This document shows positions 47,836 through 56,428 of a stretch of 64,000 bases of DNA, in pieces. The number at the start of each line of letters is the position of its first letter. Position 1 is the first letter of the stretch. The DNA is from Planctomycetales bacterium (lineage in GTDB: Bacteria > Planctomycetota > Planctomycetia > Pirellulales > Lacipirellulaceae), in assembly GCA_020427145.1 (NCBI GenBank), contig JAGQOU010000338.1, positions 1,406-65,405 of the forward strand, in the 5' to 3' direction. The position numbers and the translations under genes were made by a program. The notes beneath the pieces were generated by a model. That model was not told the DNA's origin, made no database searches, and saw nothing but the letters and a program-made list of their open reading frames with translations.

Positions 47836-49644
47836 ATGACGAGGTTTCTTAAGTCGTTTGCCGCATCTCTGGGGTTGCTGGCCCTGTTGTCCCAGGCGCA
47901 TGCCGCGCCGTTCCTCAGCACCAACGATTTCATCATCGCGATCGACACCGACCCGGCGAATTTGCCGAGCAACTACCCCGGCGGTGAAGCGCCGATCAAC
48001 GCCCTTGATGGCGCAAGCACGTCGAAGTATCTGAACTTCGCCAAACTAAACTCAGGCATTATCGTGCAGCCGTTCATTGGCAGTACGACGGTCCAAAGCA
48101 TCCAGCTGACCACTGGTGACGATGCGGTCGAGCGGGATCCCTTTTCGTGGGAGTTGTATGGGACGAACGATCCGCTGTCGTCGGTCGACAATGGCGACGG
48201 AAGTGCGGAGAATTGGACGTTGATCGCGCAAAACGACGCAAACTTGCCGGAGGAGCGTCAAACGCTTGGCCCCGTGCAATCGTTTAGCAATTCGACGTCG
48301 TACTCGGCCTACCGCGTCCTCTTCCCCACCGTCAAAGACCCTGGCGGGGCCAACTCGATGCAGATTGCTGACATTGGGCTGTACGAATCAAACGACGCCA
48401 GTGGTCTGAGCGTTTGGGACGCATTTGAAACTGACGTTGTCGCGTTCGCCTATGCCCAACCCGATTCGAGATACTTCGACTACGAGGGCCCGGAAAACGT
48501 GCTTGACGGCAGCACGTTGGTACCGCGAGCTCCGCAGAGCGGCTATCCTGCGGCCGAGGGCCCGACGAATATCCTCGATGGCAACAGCGGAACGAAGTTC
48601 CTGAACTTCGGCGACGTGAACTCGGGCTTCATCGTCACCCCCGCATCGGGTGCGGCGCAAGTGCAAAGCTTTCAGATTACCACGGCCAACGACGCCGCGG
48701 TACGCGATCCGGGAAGCTGGCAGCTATACGGCACGAACGATCCGATCGTCAGCCTCGACAACAGCTACGGCGACGCCGAAAGCTGGACCCTGCTGGACGG
48801 AGGCGACTTGGCGTTGCCCGATGAGCGCTTCACCATGGGATCCGTCGTGCCGGTGAGCAACGCCGGGACGTACACGTCCTACAAGATGGTGTTCCCCACG
48901 GTCAAAGGCCCCAATGACGGCACCCTGCAGTTCGCCGACATGTCCTTTTACACTTCGACCGACGGCACCGGGTCCAACATCCTGGCGCCGGGAGATGCGA
49001 TCCTGGCGATCGACGAATCCCCGGCGACGCAGCTTACCAAATATCTTAACTTCGGCGGCGAGCGCAGCGGCTTGATTGTGACGCCCGACGCCGGCGCCAA
49101 GGTGCTGACGGGCTTCCAGATCACGACCGCCAACGACTTTGATTCGCGCGATCCGACAAGCTATGAGATTTACGGCACGAACGATCCGATCACCAGCGAA
49201 GCCAACGGCAACGGCGACAGCGAGAACTGGACGTTGATTTCCTCGGGCGCCCTGGATCTGCCGTTGGAGCGTCAAACAGATGACGAGCTAATCTCGTTTG
49301 CCAACTCGACTGCTTATGCATCGTACAAGGTCATCTTCCCGACCCTGAGGGATCCCGGCGAGAACTTTGACAACTCGATGCAGATTGCCAACATCCAGTT
49401 CTTTGACGATTCGGTCGGCGTCGACGTCGACCTGAACGACGACGGCAAGGTCGATGGCGCCGACTTCCTGCTGATCCAGCGGACCAACCCCGCGTTGACC
49501 GGCGACTGGCAAAGTCAGTTCGGCGCGACCGGGCTGGCCTCGGCCGCCGCGGCGGGCGTGCCGGAACCGACTTCGCTGGTCTTGGTCGTTGCGGCGGCTG
49601 CCCTGATGGCAGCCGCCGGCCGCGGCCGGATCGGACGGAGCTAG
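47836..49644 (+). CDS. Secreted protein with three discoidin-like modules, dockerin-like repeat and PEP-CTERM anchor
   Basis: Start at the ATG at 47836 (AGGAG 12 nt upstream; MTRFLKSFAASLGLLALLSQAHA). Modules at about 47911-48387, 48415-48951 (with a partial internal duplication of the N-terminal strand) and 48976-49404. Dockerin-like segment at 49426-49524 (DLNDDGKVDGADFLLIQR...DWQSQFG). VPEPTSLVLVVAAAAL at 49555-49641. Confidence 0.85.
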   Translation: MTRFLKSFAASLGLLALLSQAHAAPFLSTNDFIIAIDTDPANLPSNYPGGEAPINALDGASTSKYLNFAKLNSGIIVQPFIGSTTVQSIQLTTGDDAVERDPFSWELYGTNDPLSSVDNGDGSAENWTLIAQNDANLPEERQTLGPVQSFSNSTSYSAYRVLFPTVKDPGGANSMQIADIGLYESNDASGLSVWDAFETDVVAFAYAQPDSRYFDYEGPENVLDGSTLVPRAPQSGYPAAEGPTNILDGNSGTKFLNFGDVNSGFIVTPASGAAQVQSFQITTANDAAVRDPGSWQLYGTNDPIVSLDNSYGDAESWTLLDGGDLALPDERFTMGSVVPVSNAGTYTSYKMVFPTVKGPNDGTLQFADMSFYTSTDGTGSNILAPGDAILAIDESPATQLTKYLNFGGERSGLIVTPDAGAKVLTGFQITTANDFDSRDPTSYEIYGTNDPITSEANGNGDSENWTLISSGALDLPLERQTDDELISFANSTAYASYKVIFPTLRDPGENFDNSMQIANIQFFDDSVGVDVDLNDDGKVDGADFLLIQRTNPALTGDWQSQFGATGLASAAAAGVPEPTSLVLVVAAAALMAAAGRGRIGRS

Positions 49645-49692
49645 CAGCCAAGGTCGGCAAACAATTCGTATTCGTGTCTTAGGAGCCGTTGG

Positions 49693-50805
49693 ATGTCTCG
49701 GCGAGAAAATCTGAGGAGTCGTGGTTTCACGCTGGTCGAGTTGCTGGTGGTGATCGCCATCATCGGCGTTCTGGTGGCGCTACTGCTGCCCGCCATTCAG
49801 GCCGCCCGCGAGGCGGCCCGGCGGACGCAATGCACCAACCAGGTGAAGCAGATGATGACGGCGATGCTCAACCACGAGAGCGCCAAGCAGGCGTTTCCCA
49901 GCGGTGGCATCATTCCGTGGCCCAACATTCAGGACTACCTGACAGGCCCAAACGGTCGACCGTACGGGCCCGAAAAGCAGGGTCTAGGATGGGCGTATCA
50001 AATCCTTCCATACATCGAAGCGGACAACGTCCTGAATATTTCGAATCAGGCAACGTTGAACGAAACCGTCGTTCCCATGGTCAACTGTCCGTCGCGAAGG
50101 GGTGCGTCGTTTTATGTCGACGACATAACGGGTGAAAGAACGTCGCTAATGGACTACGCCGGTGCAGTTCCTTACCCCTCGGATAGTCAGAAGGGCCTCC
50201 CACCAGGAAGACCCGCTCCCTGGTACAACGTGACGGCGAGCGGCGGGGCGAACGACACAATAGGTTGCAACGAGGAGGGATTTTGGGGCGCCAAAGGAAA
50301 TGATCAGCCAGTCCATACGATCAAGCCGATCTCCTTTTTTGACGGCGATCCCAACTGGTACGGATTCTGGGGCGTGATTGTTCGCAGCAACCTATGCGTC
50401 GGCTGTGGCGGCGTATCCGGATACTATACGAAGATTTCCTTCGCCCAAATTGAGGACGGATCGAGCAATACGATCGTTATCGGCGAAAAACGCATGTTCC
50501 CCTCACGCTACGATACTGGCGATTGGGCCGACGACCGCGGTTGGACCGGCGGGTGGGACGCTGACATCTTGCGGTCGACGATTTGTGAGATCGGTCCCGA
50601 TGAGGACGTCCCCAACGATTCCTTACACCAACGTGAGTATCAAAGACTCGCCGGTTTTCGGTTCGGTTCGGCACACACCGGCGGAATGAATGCTGGCTTT
50701 GCTGATGGTTCGGTCCATTTTATGGGATACGATCTCGAGCCTCGGACGTTCAACAGTCTGGGGCATCGCAGCGACGGGGCGACTATTGACACGGGGGCGC
50801 TGTGA
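49693..50805 (+). CDS. DUF1559 protein with type IV pilin-like N-terminus and H-X9-DG motif
   Basis: 370 aa. AGGAG Shine-Dalgarno upstream. [41 protein letters not shown]-terminal SAHTGGMNAGFADGSV. Confidence 0.9.
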   Translation: MSRRENLRSRGFTLVELLVVIAIIGVLVALLLPAIQAAREAARRTQCTNQVKQMMTAMLNHESAKQAFPSGGIIPWPNIQDYLTGPNGRPYGPEKQGLGWAYQILPYIEADNVLNISNQATLNETVVPMVNCPSRRGASFYVDDITGERTSLMDYAGAVPYPSDSQKGLPPGRPAPWYNVTASGGANDTIGCNEEGFWGAKGNDQPVHTIKPISFFDGDPNWYGFWGVIVRSNLCVGCGGVSGYYTKISFAQIEDGSSNTIVIGEKRMFPSRYDTGDWADDRGWTGGWDADILRSTICEIGPDEDVPNDSLHQREYQRLAGFRFGSAHTGGMNAGFADGSVHFMGYDLEPRTFNSLGHRSDGATIDTGAL

Positions 50806-51242
50806 TCAGACAACGCCTGCAAACATGCGTCGTCACGATTCTACTTGGCGTCGTCGCTGCTACCGCTGGATGCACCGGCGATGGAACGTCTGCCGATGCG
50901 CGCGATCAGAAGAATTCACGTTTGGGATTCTTAGTGAAGCTTCATACTTACGCTATCAAGCAGCTCCGGCATCCGCCGCGAAGCGAAAGTGAATTCAAGG
51001 AATTCGTCGCCAAGCAAGACGCCTCTATGTTTGAGCGGATGAACGTCGCTTCGGCCGATGAGTTGTTCGTCTCGGACCGCGACGGCAAGCCGTACGTCGT
51101 GATCTACGGCAAGCCGCCCGTTGGGGCTGTTGGCATCGTGGCTTACGAATCAGAAGGCGTCGATGGCGTGCGCGAAGTAGGTTTCGATACGGGAGACGTA
51201 CTGAGCATGACAGCCGAAGAATTCGCTAAGACGGGACTGTAA
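50802..51242 (+). CDS. Small lipoprotein translationally coupled to the DUF1559 gene
   Basis: 146 aa. The GTG overlaps the DUF1559 TGA (GTGA). Lipobox VVAATAG|C. Confidence 0.6.
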   Translation: MIRQRLQTCVVTILLGVVAATAGCTGDGTSADARDQKNSRLGFLVKLHTYAIKQLRHPPRSESEFKEFVAKQDASMFERMNVASADELFVSDRDGKPYVVIYGKPPVGAVGIVAYESEGVDGVREVGFDTGDVLSMTAEEFAKTGL

Positions 51243-51296
51243 CGACCAGCCGCTGGGTCGGTTTCGTGAAATATCGCCGCTGCCGCTGGCGACGTG

Positions 51297-51355
51297 CTTG
51301 CCGCACTCTAGTTTTGCGTTCTTGCGCACTCGCAGCGTCGCACCGTAGCGCACTC
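51297..51355 (+). promoter_or_regulatory. Three direct repeats CTTGC(C)GCACTC / TAGCGCACTC spaced 23-24 bp, abutting the start of the 1199-aa gene
   Basis: The GCACTC cores end at 51308, 51331 and 51355. The putative TTG start is at 51360. Function unknown; candidate regulator-binding sites. Confidence 0.35.
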
Positions 51356-51359
51356 AACA

Positions 51360-54300
51360 TTGAGAGGCAACGCTGTGGCTATTCCCCATCGGCCGCGAAA
51401 CCACGGGGCTCTGTCCCGCGGTCGCCGGCCTGTTTCGCATAGTTTGCATGTCGAGCATCTTGAGCCGCGGCATCTGCTCGCCGGCGACGTGTTCCTCATC
51501 AACTTCCAGTTCGACGAAGTGCCGACGCCCGACAGCTACGTGCGCGACGTCGGCGCCCTGTTCGGCGATCGCGGCAACGGCCTCACCTACGGCTGGTCGT
51601 CCGATCACACCGACGTGTCCCGCGACCGGGGCGTCGATCTCGATCAGCGCACCGACACGCTGATTCACTTTCACCAGAACGCCAACTGGGAATTGCAGCT
51701 GCCCAACGGCGACTACGAGGTGACGGTCGTCGTGGGCGATCCCGGCACCAACGACGGCGTGCATACCGTGAACGTCGAGGGGGTCAGCTTCTTTGCGGCT
51801 GTGCCCGACGGAAATACGCCGCTGTTGGCAACGCAGGTCGTGACAGTGGCCGACGGCCGCCTGACGCTCGATCAGGGCGCTGCCGCGGACAAGGCGACGC
51901 GCATCGACTACATCCACGTGATTGGCGTGCCCAGCGCCCCCAACGCGGCGCCGGCGGCGCCAACGGTCACTGAGCCGGCCGCCGAAGGGCAACAGGTCAA
52001 TCCCACCGACGTCCACATGGAAGCCGTGGGCTTTTCGGATGGCGACGGGAACGCCCATAAGTCGTCCGACTGGGAAATCTGGACGACCGGCGCGAGCCCC
52101 GAACTGGTGTGGGCGACCATCGGCATTCAGGGCGTCGAGCGTCTGCACACCCACCTGGGCGACGGCTTTTTCCAGAACTCCCACGCCGGCCGACTCGACC
52201 TGTTGCCCAATACGGACTATCAGCTGCGGGTGCGGTTCCGCGACGATGCCGGGTCGGTCAGCGCGTACTCCGTTCGCAACTTTCACACCACCAGCGCCAC
52301 AACGACGTTCCCCCTGCAGATTGAAGACGTTGTGGCATCGCCGGCGCCCGCTTGGGACACCGTGTTCGGCGCGCCCGTCGAGCTGCCGGACGGCACGACG
52401 ATCCTGTCGCCCGGCGATGCGATCGTGGCCATCGACACCGACGGCAACAGTTCGTATCCGGGCGGCGAATCGCCGCCCAACGCCGTCGACGGCACGCTCG
52501 CCAAGTATCTCAACTTTGGCGAGATCAACTCGGGCTTCATCGTGACGCCGGCGACCGGTTCGTCGACCGTCACCGGATTTCAAATCACCACGGCCAACGA
52601 CGCCGACGAGCGCGATCCCACCGCGTGGCAATTGTTTGGGACGAACAGCCCCGTCGTCAGCACCGACAACAGCACCGGAGCCGGCGAGAGCTGGACGCTG
52701 ATCGACTCGGGGTCCGTCGCGCTGCCGCTTGCGCGCGATACGCTGGGGCCGTTGGTGGCCGTGACCAACACGACCGCGTACACGTCGTACCGGATGGTGT
52801 TTACGGGAGTGCGGAACTCGGGGGCCGCCAACTCGATGCAGATTGGCGAGATCCAGTTCTTTGCCGACGACGCGGGTCCCGCAACGCCGCCGTCGCTGCG
52901 CATGGAAACGCCGGATGGCACGCCGCTGCTGCGAATCGACGGCGACTCGGCGCCTGGCAATCTTGTGACGGACTCTCCCACGCTGCCGTCTCACAAGCCG
53001 GTGCGAATCGTGATCGACGCCGGGTCGCGCGGCCTGTTTTTAGGCCAAAGCGATCTGACCTTCACCGACGAAACAGATAACGAACACACGATTTTCCTGC
53101 CCGAGGTTGATCTCGCCGCGGGCGAGTCGCTGACTCTTTGGGCGGCACTGGACGGGGCGACGTATTTTGGGACCGCAGGGCAGACGGCCCCCAATTTCGA
53201 CAGCCTCGCCCGTGCCGCCCAACTTGATTTGCCGTTTATTGCCCTGCAATCCGGCTTCATCGTCGAGGAGGTGGCGGGCGGCATGCAGTTGCCGACCAAC
53301 ATCGCCTTCGTCCCCAACCCTGGCTCCGCGCCCGGCGACCCGCTGTTTTACGTCACCGAGTTGTACGGCACGATCAAGGTCGTCACCAACGACGGCACGA
53401 CCAGCGACTACGCCACCGGGCTGCTCAATTTCAATCCGACCGGCAACTTCCCCGGCTCCGGCGAGCAGGGACTCACGGGAATCGTGGTCGATCCGGCCAC
53501 CGGCGATGTGATCGTCTCGCGCGTTCGCGACACCGACGGGCAACCGGGCGGCGCCCATCACCCGCAGGTCGTCAAGTTCACCAGCCTCGACGGCGGTCTC
53601 ACCGCCGCCACCGAAACGGTGCTGTTGGACATGGTGGGCGAGTCACAGGGGCAATCGCACCAAATCTCCAACGTGTCGATCGGGCCCGACGGGATGCTAT
53701 ACGTCCACAACGGCGATGGATTTGACGCAAGCACGGCGCTGAACCTCGACTCGTACCGCGGCAAGATTCTGCGAATGACGCTTGACGGCCAACCGTTGGC
53801 CGACAACCCCTTCTACAACGCCGGCAACGGGATCAACTCGCGCGACTACGTCTACGCATACGGTTTTCGCAATCCGTTTGGCGGCGCCTGGCGCGCGGCC
53901 GACGGCACGCACTATGAGGTCGAGAACGGACCGAGCAGCGATCGCTTTGCGAAGGTCAACCCGGGGCAGAGCTATCAGTGGGACGGCTCCAACGCGTCAA
54001 TGTTCACCAACGCGCTGTACAACTGGGATCCGGCCCACGCCCCGGTGAACATCGCGTTTGTGCAGCCCGAGACGTTTGGCGGCAGCGGCTTTCCCTCGCA
54101 ATACTGGGACCAGGCCTTTGTCAGCGAATCGGGCCCGACTTACGGCTTAGGTCCGCAGGTCCTTGGCAAGCGCATCGTCGGATTCCAATTGGACGCCCAG
54201 GGCAACGTCACCAGCGGACCGGAAACGTTGGTCGAGTACGTAGGCATGGGCCGCGGCACCGTGGTGGGACTGGCGGCGGGCCCCGATGGCTTGTACTTCA

Positions 54301-54959
54301 CCGAGTTGTATAAAGACGTCGACGCCGTGACGCCGATCGACGCCGGCGCACGCGTGTTCCGCGTCCGCTACATCGGCGGAAATTCAGCGGACTTCACCGG
54401 CGACGGGTTCGTCGACGGCGCCGACCTGTCGGTGTGGGAAACCAACTTCGGCGCGCCCAGCGGCGCCTCGCGCACCACCGGCGACGCCGACGCGGATCAT
54501 GACGTCGATGGCGCGGACTTCCTCCTCTGGCAACGCAGCTACTCGCCCGCTCCGGCGGCGGCAAACGAGGGCCTCGTCGCCGCTTCCAGCGGCTCCACCG
54601 CGTCGCTCGTCACAGCGGCGGCGAGTTTCGAGAGCGAACCGGCGGCGGCTGACTCACCCGACGAATCGTTAGCCGCGATGCCGTCGGTGGCCGCCGCCTG
54701 CGATCTGCTCAATCATGCGATGGGGACCGAGCACGACGGCGACGCTGCGGAGTTGCACGACGAGTTCTACGCGGATGTTTCGAGCCATTGGCGACCGCGA
54801 ACTGCGACCACGGAGACGGGATTCGACGCACCGAGCTTGAACCGGGCGGCGAGGCCAGGCCATCACGCTCAGCAGCACGACCAGGCGACTGACGCCGCGG
54901 GCGAGTTGGAGGGGATCGGACGGGCGCTGCGACATCTGTTGCGAGGCCGCGTCAGGTAA
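51360..54959 (+). CDS. Giant exoprotein: malectin-like CBM - discoidin-like module - PQQ-type sugar (sorbosone/glucose) dehydrogenase-like propeller - double dockerin-like repeat
   Basis: 1199 aa. Non-ATG start (TTG 51360 or GTG 51375). N-terminal RGRRPVSHSLHVEHLEPRHLLAG motif. Malectin-like FLINFQ...GLTYGWS...NGDYEVTVVVGD. Discoidin module at 52401-52862. SGDH-like blocks (LPTNIAFVP, YVTELYGTIKVV, GPDGMLYVHNGDG, GKILRMTLDGQPLADNPF, AYGFRNPFG). Dockerin-like pair at 54387-54542. 138-aa tail with no PEP-CTERM. Confidence 0.85.
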   Translation: MRGNAVAIPHRPRNHGALSRGRRPVSHSLHVEHLEPRHLLAGDVFLINFQFDEVPTPDSYVRDVGALFGDRGNGLTYGWSSDHTDVSRDRGVDLDQRTDTLIHFHQNANWELQLPNGDYEVTVVVGDPGTNDGVHTVNVEGVSFFAAVPDGNTPLLATQVVTVADGRLTLDQGAAADKATRIDYIHVIGVPSAPNAAPAAPTVTEPAAEGQQVNPTDVHMEAVGFSDGDGNAHKSSDWEIWTTGASPELVWATIGIQGVERLHTHLGDGFFQNSHAGRLDLLPNTDYQLRVRFRDDAGSVSAYSVRNFHTTSATTTFPLQIEDVVASPAPAWDTVFGAPVELPDGTTILSPGDAIVAIDTDGNSSYPGGESPPNAVDGTLAKYLNFGEINSGFIVTPATGSSTVTGFQITTANDADERDPTAWQLFGTNSPVVSTDNSTGAGESWTLIDSGSVALPLARDTLGPLVAVTNTTAYTSYRMVFTGVRNSGAANSMQIGEIQFFADDAGPATPPSLRMETPDGTPLLRIDGDSAPGNLVTDSPTLPSHKPVRIVIDAGSRGLFLGQSDLTFTDETDNEHTIFLPEVDLAAGESLTLWAALDGATYFGTAGQTAPNFDSLARAAQLDLPFIALQSGFIVEEVAGGMQLPTNIAFVPNPGSAPGDPLFYVTELYGTIKVVTNDGTTSDYATGLLNFNPTGNFPGSGEQGLTGIVVDPATGDVIVSRVRDTDGQPGGAHHPQVVKFTSLDGGLTAATETVLLDMVGESQGQSHQISNVSIGPDGMLYVHNGDGFDASTALNLDSYRGKILRMTLDGQPLADNPFYNAGNGINSRDYVYAYGFRNPFGGAWRAADGTHYEVENGPSSDRFAKVNPGQSYQWDGSNASMFTNALYNWDPAHAPVNIAFVQPETFGGSGFPSQYWDQAFVSESGPTYGLGPQVLGKRIVGFQLDAQGNVTSGPETLVEYVGMGRGTVVGLAAGPDGLYFTELYKDVDAVTPIDAGARVFRVRYIGGNSADFTGDGFVDGADLSVWETNFGAPSGASRTTGDADADHDVDGADFLLWQRSYSPAPAAANEGLVAASSGSTASLVTAAASFESEPAAADSPDESLAAMPSVAAACDLLNHAMGTEHDGDAAELHDEFYADVSSHWRPRTATTETGFDAPSLNRAARPGHHAQQHDQATDAAGELEGIGRALRHLLRGRVR

Positions 54960-55075
54960 CTGCTGGCGCACCGTACCATTGCGATCGTCGCGCAGGCTTC
55001 GAGTGCGAACAGGCGGCCATCGCGTTTCCGGCATCGCGCCCCCTGACCGCTCGCCGTGGCGATCTGAAGAATGCC

Positions 55076-56428
55076 CTATGCGCTGGCCAAACCGGGCAGC
55101 GGCCCGGTGCTGTCGCCCACGCGGTCGAGCGGCGCGCCAAGTCCTTGCAGCATGGTCAGGAACAAATTCATCAACGGCGTTTGCGACGGATAAGCGATGT
55201 GGCGCCCCGGTGCGAGCAAGCCGCCGCCGCGCCCCGCGACCAGCACCGGCAGGTCGTCGTGATTGTGGCGATTGCCGTCGCCGATGCCGCTGCCGTACAC
55301 GAGCATCGTGTTATCGAGCAGCGATTGCCCCTGCTCGTCCGCCGCGGCCAGCCGGCCCAGAATGTAGGCGAGTTGCTCCACGTGAAAGCGATTGATCTGC
55401 GTGATCTTTTCGAGTTTTTCGGCGCGCCCCTCATGGTGCGACAGGGCATGGTGGCCGTCGCTGATGCCGAGTTCGCGATAAGCGCGGTTGCTCCCCTCGT
55501 TGGCGATCATCAGCGTGCAGACCCGCGTGGCGTCGGTCCGAAACGCCAAGATCATCAAGTCGGCCATCAGCCGAATGCGTTCGCCATAGTCGTCCGGCGG
55601 ACCCTCGGGCCGGGCGAGTTGACCATCGGGCGATTGCAATGATGACGCACGCTCCAGCCGCTGTTCGATCTCGCGAATCCCCTCGACGTACTCCTGCAAC
55701 TTGTGCCGGTCGGCGCCGCTGAGCTGCGGTTGCAATTGCCGCGCATCGGCGGCGACAAAATCGAGGACGCTTTGCCTGCCCGTTTGCCGGCGGTAGCGCG
55801 ACTGTCGTTGATCAATCGCCGAGCCGGCGCTGAACAGACGATCGAACACCAGGGCGGGATTCGTTTCTTTGGGAAGCGGCTGGGTGGGCGACTTCCAGGC
55901 CAGCGTGTTGGAGTAGGCGCAGCTGTACCCGGAGTCGCAAGACCCCGCGAGCTTGCCCGGCTCGCAGCCCAGCTCCAACGACGGGAATTGCGTAGCGCGG
56001 CCGATGAGCTGTGCGGCGATCTGGTCGACCGACACGCCGGCGCGGATGTCGTTGCCGTTGGTCTTTACCGCTTGCGTGCCGGTGAGAAACGTCGCGGCGC
56101 TACGAGCGTGGTCCCCGGCGCCGTCGCCGTTGGCGCGGGCCTTGTCATGTGTCAGCCCGCTCAGCAACGTGATTTCCCGCTGAAACGGCTGGAGCGGCTC
56201 CAAGATGCGCGGCAGCTGAAAGTCGGCGCCCTCAGCCACGGGCTTCCACGCCGGCATGTGGATGCCGTTGGGAACGTAAAGCACTGCCAACCGCGTCGGC
56301 GACGGGGTCGGACCGGCAGCGGCGTACGCGCTTCCGGTCGGCAACAGGCTTTCCAACGCCGGCAGGGCGATGGCCGTGCCCAAACCACGCAAGAACTGCC
56401 GCCGCTCGAGACCTGGGTTCCGGGACAT
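55076..56428 (-). CDS. DUF1501 (sulfatase-fold) protein with Tat signal
   Basis: Start at the ATG at 56428 (MSRNPGLERRQFLRGLGTAIALPALE). DHARSAATFLTG and GNRHNHDDLPVLVAG blocks. The ATG overlaps the upstream gene's TGA by 1 nt. Confidence 0.9.
   Translation of the reverse strand: MSRNPGLERRQFLRGLGTAIALPALESLLPTGSAYAAAGPTPSPTRLAVLYVPNGIHMPAWKPVAEGADFQLPRILEPLQPFQREITLLSGLTHDKARANGDGAGDHARSAATFLTGTQAVKTNGNDIRAGVSVDQIAAQLIGRATQFPSLELGCEPGKLAGSCDSGYSCAYSNTLAWKSPTQPLPKETNPALVFDRLFSAGSAIDQRQSRYRRQTGRQSVLDFVAADARQLQPQLSGADRHKLQEYVEGIREIEQRLERASSLQSPDGQLARPEGPPDDYGERIRLMADLMILAFRTDATRVCTLMIANEGSNRAYRELGISDGHHALSHHEGRAEKLEKITQINRFHVEQLAYILGRLAAADEQGQSLLDNTMLVYGSGIGDGNRHNHDDLPVLVAGRGGGLLAPGRHIAYPSQTPLMNLFLTMLQGLGAPLDRVGDSTGPLPGLASA

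Noticed and set aside
51354-52994. 546-aa minus-strand ORF opposite the 5' part of the 1199-aa gene; also similar long shadow ORFs at 57295-58620(+), 44371-45480(+), 38190-39023(-), 9827-10828(+), 25047-26327(+) and 60916-61623(+)
   Set aside because: All are antisense to genes with recognisable domains and have Arg/Gly/Pro-dominated, non-protein-like translations. They are GC3-driven open frames.
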